This document shows, piece by piece, positions 8,116 through 17,618 of a stretch of 35,162 nt of DNA (position 1 is its first letter; every line of letters starts with the position of its first letter). The position numbers and the translations under genes are program-made. The notes under the pieces are model-generated. The model was not told where the DNA came from and made no database searches. It saw only the letters and a list, made by a program, of their open reading frames with translations. The stretch is from a virus (Duplodnaviria; Caudoviricetes): the IMG/VR virus record IMGVR_UViG_3300032257_000073, positions 1-35,162 of that record. The stretch is one strand, 5' to 3'.

Positions 8116-11100
8116 CCGACGAACTCGACCTCCTCCGTGAGAAGTTTCCTCACCGTAGCGACAGGCACCGCGCCTTCTCAACGCGAGCGCGGGTAGCGCT
8201 GCACGACCTGTCGATGTCGGACATGGCGGCGACGGTCAAGGCGGCTCGCCTGCATGGCCTCGACTCGAAGACAGCGGCCGGCGTCTTGCGGAACGGGTCG
8301 GAGGTCGACCGGAAGGTCTTGCTGGGCGAGATGGTCCCGCTCGACGAGCTGGCGGCCGAGAGCCCGGCCTTTCGCGGCTGGCTCGAGGCCGACATCGACC
8401 GCGCTGCTGTCGCGGCAAGCGACGTGGAGGGGCTGACGGAGCTGGTGCTGGCCATGCGCCGTCAGCAGCACCGCCAGCAAGGCCTGATGGAAGAGTCCGG
8501 CGAGAGCTTCACGTTGGGCATGCTCAACATGCGCGGCTCGTTGGCTGCCATGACGCTGGCTGCGGCTCGCGATGACGAGGGGCGGGCGGAGGCCTCGTCT
8601 GCGCTGGCAGACTACAGCAGGTCAGCTCACCAACTGCGCGCCGACCGGAGCGACTCGCTGCAGCGGTACTTCGCCGGGCTCGATGATGCTGAGGGGATGG
8701 AGCTGGTCGCTCAAGCGCTGAGCACGCCGAGTGGCTTCATCAACCTGATCGTCGAGAACCTGGGCTTCTCGCTGCCAGCCCTTGGTGCGAGTGCAGCGAT
8801 GCTTCCTCTGGGCCCGCTAGGAGTTGCCGGCGGCGCGTTCCTCGGTGGCACGACGACAGAAGCCGGCGCGTACATCATGGGAGAACTCTCCCAGTACGCC
8901 GACATGGCGGATGCTCAGAGCATCTACGAGGCCAGCCGCAACCGCACCCGGATGGCTCGACTGTCGGACGAGGGCCTCCGCAAGGGCGCCGTCATCGGCG
9001 CGCTCGACGCGGTCACCGGCCTCGCGGGTGGCAAGTTGGGCGGCATCATCGCCAAGCGCAGTCGGTGGGCAGCGGCTGCATCACAGCAACTCGTCGAAGC
9101 TATCGGTGAGGGAGGTGGTGAGTTCCTTGGGCAGATGGCGGCGACCGGCGAGGGCGACTTCGATGAGGCGCTGTTGGAGTCGCTCGCCAGCATGGGCACG
9201 GCGGGTGGGCAGGCTGCACTCAACCGGGCAGCCATGACGTCTCGCGCTGCCGTCGGTGTTCCCGCTCGCAAGGTGCGCAGAGCGATCGACGCGCACGTCA
9301 ACGCCCGCAACACCCGCGACCTGATCGAGCGGTGGCGCGCGTCGAAGACCGCGAAGGCGCTACCCGAAGACACAGCCGAGCTTCTTGAGAAGCATCTAGG
9401 GAGCATGACGGATGCGTCCGTCGCGGTCTTCGACAAGGACGCCTGGGACGCCTTCGCCGAGGAGAACGACCTGGACCCGGTGGAGCTTCTGGATAGCTTC
9501 ACGCGAGGCAACGGCGAGATGGCCTACGGGCTGGCGGACGACAGCGGGACGATCGCTGTGCGGTTCTCTGACTTCATCGACACGATGGCCCAGCGGGAGG
9601 AGTTGGTTGATCTCGTTGACCTCGGGGAGTTCCACGACACAGCGATGTCAGCTTCTGAGGCTGGACTCGTGTCGCTGGACGAGACCGAGGAAGGTGGGCT
9701 CACCGGGCTTGAGGCGGAGGAGTCGGAGCTTCGGGAGGAGCTGGCCTCGCTCGATGACCCCGCCGCCGAGGCAGCCTTGCAGGCTGACCTCGCGGGCGTC
9801 CTCGAGGACAATGACGAGTCGTCTCAGCCTGTGATCATGGATCCACGGCTGACCAGTGCCTTGCGCGACATCCTGAGGGGGGATGTTTCTAGTGGGATAC
9901 CGGAACTCCGGGGCATTCTCGCGGGCACGGGCGTTCGCGAGTTCAGTCCGGGTGATGATAGTCAGGTGCAGGAAGAGATGCAGGGCATCTTGGAGGGGGA
10001 GCAGCGAAACAGTCCTCTCCGTCCTGCGGACCCGGCGCTGGCTGAAGAGCTTCGGGAGATCCTCGAAGGGGTCAAGACGCCGGCCTCCGGGGGGCTGGAT
10101 CAACTGCAGCGGGAGCTTGCTGGGACGGCAGCCCCTCGTGACGCTGGCGGCGCGGGGGCACGACGCCTTCAGGAGAACCTTCGCCAGCTACTTGATGACG
10201 CCCAGTACGAAGACACGGAACTCCTACAGCGAGACCTAAGGGGCATCCTCGAAGGCACCCTGCAACAGGGCGATGCACGCCGCACAGAGATCGAAGGCCG
10301 CCTCGCCCAGATCGACGAGACCTACAAGGCCGCCCAAGATCTCGAGAACGCGCTGACGGCTCAGCTCGTGGCGACGGGGCGGAGCCCGGAGGATGCTCGG
10401 CTGTCAGCGTTCCTCATGGCCGCTGGCTTCAAGGCCATGGCTGCGCGGTCAGGGCTGAGCGAAGCGACGCTACTGGATCGCTTCCGGGTGCGGGTGGGTG
10501 GAGCCCCTATCGAGGGCGACGGAGTTTCGCAGGAGGCCACTCGCGGCGAGACCACCCTCTTCCGCGACACCGACGGCAGGCGCTCCTTCCAGATCGAGAT
10601 GCTCGCCGGTCGCAACCTATCGACCTTCCTCCACGAGACTGGCCACGTCTTCTTGGAGATGCTCGGCGATCTCGCGGCAGAGGGCGGCGACGCCCAGCAG
10701 CAACGGGACTTCGCGGCGGTCATCGAGTGGCTGGGGATGACCCCCGAGGAGTGGCGAGCGACGGACATCGAGGGGCGGCGGGCAGGGCATGAGCGATTCG
10801 CTCGAGCCTTCGAGGCCTACCTGATGGAGGGCGATGCCCCGTCACTGGCACTCCGCCGAGCCTTCTCGCGTTTCACGGACTGGCTGGTGGCCATCTATTC
10901 GGACCTCGTGGGTCTGGAGGCGAGAGCCGGCTTCGAGGTCGGGCTGACGGACGAGGTCCGGGGGGTGATGGACCGGTTGCTGGCCACCGACCAGGAGCTT
11001 CAGGAAGTCCGAGGGGAGATGGGGCACCTCGATGTTCCACATGGAACATCCGACACGGACGAGATCGTCGGCTTCGAGCAGGCTCAGGAGGACGCCGATC

Positions 11101-14100
11101 GTGTGGACCGCGAGAGGCTCCTGGCCGAGAAGCGCAGGGAGGCCAAGGCCGACGCCAGCGCCGAGCGCTCAAGGCGCTTCAGCGAGGTCCTGGGCGAGGT
11201 CCTGGCCACCCTGAACGAGCAGCCTGCCGTGCGGGCCTACCATGCGATAGTGGACGGCATGGAGGCCGGTGGGCAGAAGCTGACCCACGCCCCCAAGATC
11301 GACCCGGAGAGCGTGCCCAAGGAGATTCTGCCGGAGCTGCGCCGCATCGGTGCCCTGGCGGAGGACGGTGACCCCAGCGAGCCCCTGGACGCTCTGGCAC
11401 AAGCCTGGGGGGCTCATGGCACCCGGCAGTTCGTGGCTCAGCTGGTGGCTGCCAGCCACAAGGAGCAGACAGCACGGCGGCTGGCCCTCGAGATGCTGCG
11501 TAGGGAGCAAGGCCGGGGCGCCACGCCCAGCCGAGCCCGGAAGGCCGCTCTGGCCGCTCAGGCCCATCGAGAGCGCTCTGACGCGCTGCACCTCAAGCTG
11601 GTCGAGCTGACCAAGAAGGCCGCTGAGGAGGGGCGAGAGGCTCGCAGGGAGGCTGAGGGGCGCCGGGGGGCTGAGCGACGCGAGGCAGGAGAGCGGGCTC
11701 GCAGGCAGATCCTGGAGGCCGAGATGAAGCGGCCCCGGGACGACACGCCCAAGCTGGCTGAGATCCGGGCCAGGGCGATGGCTGCGCTGATTGGGATGCC
11801 GGTCTCCGAGCTGACCCCGGACAGGTACCGCGCTGCCGCCGGCAAGGCACGCGGCAAGATGACCCGGTACGAGGCGACGGGGCAGTTCCGCAAGGCTGCC
11901 GCAGCCCTGGAGCAGTCGATCTACAACTACGAGATGCACCGGATCGCGCTCAAGCTGAAGGCCGAACACATTCGTCACGGCAAATATCTCGCCAAGCTCG
12001 GACGCGGAGGGCGCTTCAGCACTCTGGGCAAGGTCGGGCAGGACTGGCAGGACCAAGTGCTTCGGGTGCTGGTGGGCTTCAACCTCTCCCGAGCGCTCCT
12101 ACCCCCACGCTTCGCGGCTCTGGCACCAATCGGACAGTGGGCTCAGGAGACCAACGCAACCAGAGAGGCTAGGGGCGAGCACCGCCTGCTCGCGGTGGCC
12201 CCCAGCCTGGACGCCCGTGGGTTCACCAACCGTCCCTTCGACCGCCTGAGCATCGAGGAGATGCGGGACGTCCGTGACTCGCTGCAGTCGATCTACGAGG
12301 TCGCTCGGACCGAGGACGCGATGGTCCGTCGGGGAGTGAAGGAGGCGCTCTCGGATCGAGTTGACCGGGTGGTCTCGTCGATCAGGGGCAGCAAGCCCAA
12401 GCGCCAGGACGCCGACAGGCAGTCCAGCTCGAGCACGCGGTGGGAGCGGGCGCGGGGGGCCGTCGCGGCTTTCTACATGCAGCACATCAAGGCGCCCCAG
12501 TTGGCCCGTGAGATGGACGACTTCGAGGACGGCGGGGTCGTCTGGGAGTCGCTGATCCGGCCGCTCAACGAGGCGGCTGACACCGAGGTCACTCGGATGG
12601 TCCAGGAGATCGAGCGGCTGCAGGCCGTGTTCGCGCTCCTGCCCGAGTGGGGGTCGGGGAACTTCCACAAGCTCCAGGATGTCGAGGGGGTGCGACAGCA
12701 ACTCTCGCACGAGGACCGGCTCGGGATCGCCCTGCTCTGGGGCAACGAGTTCGGGCGCGAGCGTCTTGTGGGGCACACGGACTCGAACGGCGTCTACCAG
12801 GAGAGCCGCCTCGGACTGACTCAGGGCGAAGTGCATGCCGTCCTGCGGACCCTGACCGAAAGCGACGTTCAGTTCCTGAACGCGATGTTCGCCTACTACG
12901 AGGCCTTCAAGCCGGAGATCGCAGACAAGCAGCGACGGGTCACCGGCGTCCCCCCTCGATGGGTCGAGCCGATCGAGTACGAGGTGCCGGGGGTCGGCAC
13001 GGTGACGGGCGGCTACCACCCGCTGAAGTACCGGCCGGATGGAGGGCGCGAGCTGACGCCTGACCAGGAGATCGCGATCATGACGCGCGGCCAGCCGACC
13101 GCCGCCATGACTCGGCAGGGTCACCTCATCGATCGGGTCTCGACGACCGACAAGCGCGTGCGTCTCGACGTGCTGGCTGTCGCTGCCGATCACACCCGGC
13201 AGGTCGTCCATGACCTCACGCACCACGAGGCGCTGATCGACGTGTCGCGGGTGCTCGGCGCGAAGTCCGTCCGGCACGCGATCGAAGAGCACTACGGGCC
13301 AGAGGCAGGACGCCAACTACACGCGATGGTCGGTGACGTGGCGCGAGGCTCGATCGGCTCCGCGAACAACTTCGAGAAGCTGATGACGGCCCTGAGGGTC
13401 AACACCTCGACAGCCGTGCTCGCCTTCCGCCCGACGACCGCCGTCGTCAACCTCTCCGGCCTAACTCAGTCGATGGTGCGTGTCGGGCCGGGTCGCGTCC
13501 TGAAGGCCGCGCTGCAGTTCTTCGGCAGCCCGCACATGGCCAAGCACACCATGGAGTGGGTGCGCGAGCAGTCGTCGTTCATGACCACCCGCGAGGAGAC
13601 CCACCACCAGCAGGTCGCTGAGCTGCGCCAGCAGGCGTCCGGTGAGCGGGGGGTGATGCAAGCGTGGAAGGAGGCGGGCTGGTGGATGATTGCCAAGACC
13701 CAGGCCATGGTCGACACGCCCACTTGGATGGCCGCTTACGCCAAGGCCACCGAAGGTGGGGCAGCTCACGCTGACGCAGTAGCCCAGGCCGACCAAGCCG
13801 TGCGTGATAGCCAGGGGTCAGCGCACCTCGTCGACCTGTCGACGATGCAGCGCGGCGGCGGGCTGCAGAAGATGTGGACGATGTTCTACTTCTACCTGTC
13901 GACCACGCTGAACCAGACCTCCGAGGCAACCCAGAAGTTCCTCCGCAGCGAGAAGAGCGCGGGCGATGCGGTCAAGCTCTTCGGCCGCTTCACCATGCTC
14001 TACGTCATGCCGGCTCTCTTCACGGTGGCAGCCCGGCAGGCCCTGCGTGGCAGCGAGGACGACGAGCGCGACCTGCTCAAGGAGGCCATGTTCGAGGCGT

Positions 14101-14408
14101 CCTCGATGGGGCTCGGCACGTTCGTCGGCGCTCGCGAGTTGACCGGCCTGATCTCCGGCTTCCAGTATCGAGGTCCCACGGCCCTCCGCGCAGTCACCGA
14201 CATCGACCGCCTCTGGAACGAGGTCGCGGATCTCGAGGTCGACGAGGGGCTGATCAAGGCCATGCTCAACGTCGGCGGGGACTTCACCGGGCTTCCGTCG
14301 GTCCAGGCGGGTGCTGTTGTTGATGCGTTTACACGGTACTCTGAGGACGCTGCTCTCGGGGCCGCCTTCCGAACCGCCGTCATGGGGCGGCCCTATCAGC
14401 CGAGGTGA
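8112..14408 (+). CDS. Giant internal virion / large polyvalent-type protein (~2098 aa) with zincin-like HETGH motif
   Basis: Start reassigned to GTG 8112 (GTGA overlap). Gly/Ala-rich hydrophobic N-region, STFLHETGH and HERFARAFEAYL.EG.APS motifs, C-terminal GGYHPL.Y...AD.AVR.SQGS region. Confidence 0.8.
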   Translation: MTDELDLLREKFPHRSDRHRAFSTRARVALHDLSMSDMAATVKAARLHGLDSKTAAGVLRNGSEVDRKVLLGEMVPLDELAAESPAFRGWLEADIDRAAVAASDVEGLTELVLAMRRQQHRQQGLMEESGESFTLGMLNMRGSLAAMTLAAARDDEGRAEASSALADYSRSAHQLRADRSDSLQRYFAGLDDAEGMELVAQALSTPSGFINLIVENLGFSLPALGASAAMLPLGPLGVAGGAFLGGTTTEAGAYIMGELSQYADMADAQSIYEASRNRTRMARLSDEGLRKGAVIGALDAVTGLAGGKLGGIIAKRSRWAAAASQQLVEAIGEGGGEFLGQMAATGEGDFDEALLESLASMGTAGGQAALNRAAMTSRAAVGVPARKVRRAIDAHVNARNTRDLIERWRASKTAKALPEDTAELLEKHLGSMTDASVAVFDKDAWDAFAEENDLDPVELLDSFTRGNGEMAYGLADDSGTIAVRFSDFIDTMAQREELVDLVDLGEFHDTAMSASEAGLVSLDETEEGGLTGLEAEESELREELASLDDPAAEAALQADLAGVLEDNDESSQPVIMDPRLTSALRDILRGDVSSGIPELRGILAGTGVREFSPGDDSQVQEEMQGILEGEQRNSPLRPADPALAEELREILEGVKTPASGGLDQLQRELAGTAAPRDAGGAGARRLQENLRQLLDDAQYEDTELLQRDLRGILEGTLQQGDARRTEIEGRLAQIDETYKAAQDLENALTAQLVATGRSPEDARLSAFLMAAGFKAMAARSGLSEATLLDRFRVRVGGAPIEGDGVSQEATRGETTLFRDTDGRRSFQIEMLAGRNLSTFLHETGHVFLEMLGDLAAEGGDAQQQRDFAAVIEWLGMTPEEWRATDIEGRRAGHERFARAFEAYLMEGDAPSLALRRAFSRFTDWLVAIYSDLVGLEARAGFEVGLTDEVRGVMDRLLATDQELQEVRGEMGHLDVPHGTSDTDEIVGFEQAQEDADRVDRERLLAEKRREAKADASAERSRRFSEVLGEVLATLNEQPAVRAYHAIVDGMEAGGQKLTHAPKIDPESVPKEILPELRRIGALAEDGDPSEPLDALAQAWGAHGTRQFVAQLVAASHKEQTARRLALEMLRREQGRGATPSRARKAALAAQAHRERSDALHLKLVELTKKAAEEGREARREAEGRRGAERREAGERARRQILEAEMKRPRDDTPKLAEIRARAMAALIGMPVSELTPDRYRAAAGKARGKMTRYEATGQFRKAAAALEQSIYNYEMHRIALKLKAEHIRHGKYLAKLGRGGRFSTLGKVGQDWQDQVLRVLVGFNLSRALLPPRFAALAPIGQWAQETNATREARGEHRLLAVAPSLDARGFTNRPFDRLSIEEMRDVRDSLQSIYEVARTEDAMVRRGVKEALSDRVDRVVSSIRGSKPKRQDADRQSSSSTRWERARGAVAAFYMQHIKAPQLAREMDDFEDGGVVWESLIRPLNEAADTEVTRMVQEIERLQAVFALLPEWGSGNFHKLQDVEGVRQQLSHEDRLGIALLWGNEFGRERLVGHTDSNGVYQESRLGLTQGEVHAVLRTLTESDVQFLNAMFAYYEAFKPEIADKQRRVTGVPPRWVEPIEYEVPGVGTVTGGYHPLKYRPDGGRELTPDQEIAIMTRGQPTAAMTRQGHLIDRVSTTDKRVRLDVLAVAADHTRQVVHDLTHHEALIDVSRVLGAKSVRHAIEEHYGPEAGRQLHAMVGDVARGSIGSANNFEKLMTALRVNTSTAVLAFRPTTAVVNLSGLTQSMVRVGPGRVLKAALQFFGSPHMAKHTMEWVREQSSFMTTREETHHQQVAELRQQASGERGVMQAWKEAGWWMIAKTQAMVDTPTWMAAYAKATEGGAAHADAVAQADQAVRDSQGSAHLVDLSTMQRGGGLQKMWTMFYFYLSTTLNQTSEATQKFLRSEKSAGDAVKLFGRFTMLYVMPALFTVAARQALRGSEDDERDLLKEAMFEASSMGLGTFVGARELTGLISGFQYRGPTALRAVTDIDRLWNEVADLEVDEGLIKAMLNVGGDFTGLPSVQAGAVVDAFTRYSEDAALGAAFRTAVMGRPYQPR
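9720..10260 (+). repeat. Intragenic peptide-repeat block, ~9 copies of (E/D)L(R/Q)(G/E)IL(E/A)G
   Basis: ELREELAS, DLAGVLED, ALRDILRG, ELRGILAG, EMQGILEG, ELREILEG, QLQRELAG, NLRQLLDD and DLRGILEG, spaced ~14-25 aa. Confidence 0.75.
11031..11050. promoter_or_regulatory. parS-like palindrome GATGTTCCACATGGAACATC
   Basis: 9-bp perfect arms. Core TGTTCCACATGGAACA differs by 1 nt from the chromosomal parS variant TGTTCCACGTGGAACA. Confidence 0.65.
14326..14335 (+). repeat. Dispersed 10-mer CGTTTACACG, copy 2
   Basis: Exact match; read in a different frame (GCG TTT ACA CGG). Confidence 0.8.
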
Positions 14409-14411
14409 TCG

Positions 14412-16154
14412 ATGACCTTCCCCAACATGCACACGCTGGTTCGCCGGATGGAGAACCTCTCCCCGGGCGGGTGGAATGGGAACCGCCTGTCGAAGAACCA
14501 ACTCGAGGTACAGCCCGATCTGTTCTGGGCGGACTTCCAGACGCTCGCCAACCAGGTCTTCGGCCAAGGCATCTACTACCCCGGAGCCTACGGGTCCGAC
14601 ACGACAGAGGTGGAGATCCAAGCTGCCATCGACGCAGCCGAGGCGTCCACCTATGGCGGCATGGTGCTGGTGCCACCGGGATCCTGGACCATCTCAACCA
14701 GCCTGACCATCAACTCCAGCAACGTGTGGCTGGTCGGCTGTGGCCGGGGGATCACAACGCTCCTCTGCGACACTGCGATGGACGAGGTCGTCCGTGTCGG
14801 CGTGTCCTCGGGCACGACCATCACCAGCCACTGTGGCGTAGCTCGGTTGACCATCGACTGCGCCGGTGGGGCGACCAGAGGCCTGAAGCTCTACAACGTG
14901 CAGGACTGCGACTTCGCTGAGTTGGAGGTCGATGACGCCACGAGCCACGGCATCGAGACGGACTGCGACTCCACGCTCGCGAGCGCCGGCAATGCGCGGG
15001 TCACGCTGGACAACATCTACTCGCACGACAACGGCGGCGACGGCATCCGCCTCGCCTCGTGGCGGGAGATCACGGGGCACCGCTTGTGGGTCTACAGCAA
15101 CGCGGGGGCCGGCCTGAGCCTGGAACCGTTCCTCAAGTCGGACAACTCGCTAGGGCTGTCGGCTGGCGGGCACTTCGAGACTATCCGGTCCATGACGAAC
15201 ACCGCCGACGGCATCGTGATGGATGGTCTGGAGCGAACCGTCATCACCGACTTCGGGTGCGATGGCAACGCGGGCATCGGGCTTCGCTTCTCCTCGAGCT
15301 TCGACAACAGCAACGCGGGTCCCGGGAACAATGCGCTCACGCTCAGTCAGGGCTACGTCAACAACTGTGACGGCGGGGCGCTGGCGGTGGACGAGGGAGC
15401 GGTGGTCAAGGACCTGTCGATGTCAGACGTGAAGTTGGTTGGAGACATCGCCGGGGCATCCGACAAACACGGGCTCCACCTGCGAGGAGCGCAGCGGTGC
15501 TCGTTCGCTGCCGTGACAGTTGAAGCGGCCACCGGGTGCGGCATCTACATCGAGGACGGGACGCATCAAGGCTCATCCGCAGAGAGCAAGACTCTCCGGT
15601 TCACTGACTGCGTCGTCCGTAACTGCGGCAAGTCAGGGGCCACGACAGCGGACGGCGTCTGTCTCGTAGACGCGACCAGCGATGTGATCTTCAAGGGCAT
15701 CCATCTGGACAACCTGCTCACGACTTCAGCAGCAGGGCACAGCGAGGTCTCGATTGGAGCGTCCGTCACGGACGTGGCCTTTCGCGATGGCGAGATCCTC
15801 GCGACCGACGGGATCACCCAGAACTGGGACGTAGCGGCGGGGGCGCTCGACGAGATCACCATGAAGGGGATGCGCCAGGGGGCCGGGAACTACACCCCCA
15901 CGGTGGCCTCTGAGGCGACCATCACCCTGCCGCCGTGCGAGATGATCACCGTGACGGGCGTCACCACGATCACGGCGATCAACCCGCTCGGCGACGGGCA
16001 GTCCGTCCTCTTTATCTTCCCGAGCGGCCTGACGCTGACGGATGGGGCCACCATCAAGTTGGGGTCGTCTGCCGGCGCGGGCACCTTTGCCGTCGCTGCG
16101 GGGGCCGGCGTCGTCGGTCGGTGCCGGGCGTCGGTCTGGTATTTCGACGTCTGA
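14412..16154 (+). CDS. Tailspike / right-handed beta-helix (pectate-lyase-like) protein
   Basis: IQAAIDAA...GG.VLVPPG.W.I...L.I..SNV.LVG.G...T.L, then repeated N.GDGI / GI.I beta-helix rungs. Confidence 0.8.
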   Translation: MTFPNMHTLVRRMENLSPGGWNGNRLSKNQLEVQPDLFWADFQTLANQVFGQGIYYPGAYGSDTTEVEIQAAIDAAEASTYGGMVLVPPGSWTISTSLTINSSNVWLVGCGRGITTLLCDTAMDEVVRVGVSSGTTITSHCGVARLTIDCAGGATRGLKLYNVQDCDFAELEVDDATSHGIETDCDSTLASAGNARVTLDNIYSHDNGGDGIRLASWREITGHRLWVYSNAGAGLSLEPFLKSDNSLGLSAGGHFETIRSMTNTADGIVMDGLERTVITDFGCDGNAGIGLRFSSSFDNSNAGPGNNALTLSQGYVNNCDGGALAVDEGAVVKDLSMSDVKLVGDIAGASDKHGLHLRGAQRCSFAAVTVEAATGCGIYIEDGTHQGSSAESKTLRFTDCVVRNCGKSGATTADGVCLVDATSDVIFKGIHLDNLLTTSAAGHSEVSIGASVTDVAFRDGEILATDGITQNWDVAAGALDEITMKGMRQGAGNYTPTVASEATITLPPCEMITVTGVTTITAINPLGDGQSVLFIFPSGLTLTDGATIKLGSSAGAGTFAVAAGAGVVGRCRASVWYFDV

Positions 16155-16157
16155 GTC

Positions 16158-16610
16158 ATGGGCCACGTCACCTACAGCAGCGAGATCACCAGGGGGGTCA
16201 GCACGACCCTCAACTTCTGCCCAGCGAAGGCAGGCGCCTCGACGTGGGCTGTCGGTACTGACTGGACCCCGGCGACCGGTGACAGCAAGGTCAGCATCGA
16301 CGGGGGCTCACCGGCCAACACGACCAACCTCCCGTCGCACGTCGGGCATGGCATGTGGGAGTTGGACCTCGCGGACGACGAGACCGGGGGCGACCGGGTC
16401 ATCGTGATCATCGAAGATGCAGGCAGCGCCATCGACGGCGTGTGCTTCAACCTCACGACGGTTCCCGGCGCTGATCGTCAGCTGATCCTCGACATCCTGG
16501 CCAAGGCCATCCAGGGCACGACCAAGAAGGGCAAGCGAGGGGGGAGCGGCGCTGCTCCTGGCGGTGCCTTGCCGGGCGGTGCTGGTGTTGGCATCGGAGC
16601 CGGGCGGTGA
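16158..16610 (+). CDS. Hypothetical virion-associated beta-sandwich protein with Gly-rich tail
   Basis: In-operon, high GC3; GD.KVS.DGG..ANTTNLP...G.G.W.L.L pattern. Confidence 0.65.
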   Translation: MGHVTYSSEITRGVSTTLNFCPAKAGASTWAVGTDWTPATGDSKVSIDGGSPANTTNLPSHVGHGMWELDLADDETGGDRVIVIIEDAGSAIDGVCFNLTTVPGADRQLILDILAKAIQGTTKKGKRGGSGAAPGGALPGGAGVGIGAGR

Positions 16611-16912
16611 GCCTCCTGACTGCTGTCGTGCTCGGCGTGGGTATGGTTGCTCAGGTCGTGCCGCTGGTCTGTTGTCTCTGGATGAGACAGCGCATCCATC
16701 GGCTGGCTTGGTGGCTGATGACCTTCGCCTTCGCAGGGATGTTCCTGCGACGGATCACCTCGCGCTGGTCCGTGTCGGGTGGGCACCCGGAGTGGGTGGT
16801 CACCGCTGATACAGTGGCTCTCCCGGTGTCCATCAGCGTCGCCCTGGCCGTGGGCCTCGTGGTTCACCTGTGCCACGTAGCAGGCGGCAACGCCTTCAAG
16901 GAGAAGAGCTGA
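16607..16912 (+). CDS. Small membrane protein, ~3 TM (holin candidate)
   Basis: Three hydrophobic stretches, charged C-terminus (FKEKS), GTGA overlap. Confidence 0.55.
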   Translation: MSLLTAVVLGVGMVAQVVPLVCCLWMRQRIHRLAWWLMTFAFAGMFLRRITSRWSVSGGHPEWVVTADTVALPVSISVALAVGLVVHLCHVAGGNAFKEKS

Positions 16913-17196
16913 TGGAGTGGGGTACGTTTATTCGCGAGATCGGTGTTCCAGGTGGGCTTCTCTTTGCGCTCCTACTGGGAGGCTGGAGGCTCGTGATGAA
17001 CCACCTAGTTCCGATGCTTGAGAGACTCGTGCAGAGCCACCTTGCCCTTGTCGAGGAGGTCAAGTCGAGCAACCTGCACTGGGCCCAGGAGAGCGTGCGC
17101 ATCCTGCAGCACCTCGAGAAGCAGGGCGAGCTGATCAGCCAGATCAAGCAAGACGTGGCTGAGATCCTCAGGCAGCAGGACGGAGAAGTTGCATGA
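16912..17196 (+). CDS. Single-TM plus coiled-coil protein (holin/spanin-like)
   Basis: Start at ATG 16912 (TGATG overlap, RBS AAGGAG). IREIGVPGGLLFALL followed by a heptad-like helix. Confidence 0.6.
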   Translation: MEWGTFIREIGVPGGLLFALLLGGWRLVMNHLVPMLERLVQSHLALVEEVKSSNLHWAQESVRILQHLEKQGELISQIKQDVAEILRQQDGEVA

Positions 17197-17618
17197 ATAG
17201 ATACATGGCTGCTGCGGTGATCGCTCTCTTGGCCTGCGCGTGCGGCGCACTCCCGACGGCCGAAGAGTACGAAGCTGCACAGGAGATCCTCGTTGGTGCG
17301 GCCTCGGGCGAGTTCACGGACCCACGGACCCTGGCAATGGCGCAGCGAATCGTCCAAGCCTATGAAGGGGGAGGCGCAGCTCTCGACTGGGTCAGTAGCG
17401 CTGTCGGTGTCGCAGTGGCGTGGCTGGTGCCGACGCTCGGAGGGCGCGGCCGGAGATTGGTCAAGGCTGGTCTGGGGGCAGCCATGCGTGGCGACGTGCG
17501 CGGCGCAGCGAAGGCCGTTGCAAGCTACGCTGGGGTCCGCCGGAGCGGACTCCCTCAGGAGGGGGGCCCTCCTCCTGAGCCGCCTAAGGTAAGCTCTGAG
17601 ACAGGCCCGCCCGCCTAG
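17193..17618 (+). CDS. Putative lipoprotein / membrane protein
   Basis: Signal peptide with lipobox-like LLAC/ACG, a second hydrophobic segment and a Pro-rich tail; RBS GGAG. Confidence 0.55.
   Translation: MNRYMAAAVIALLACACGALPTAEEYEAAQEILVGAASGEFTDPRTLAMAQRIVQAYEGGGAALDWVSSAVGVAVAWLVPTLGGRGRRLVKAGLGAAMRGDVRGAAKAVASYAGVRRSGLPQEGGPPPEPPKVSSETGPPA

Noticed and set aside
14412-17618. Diversity-generating retroelement, expected from BPP-1-like structural genes
   Set aside because: No reverse transcriptase motifs and no TR/VR repeat pair differing at adenines seen in the window.
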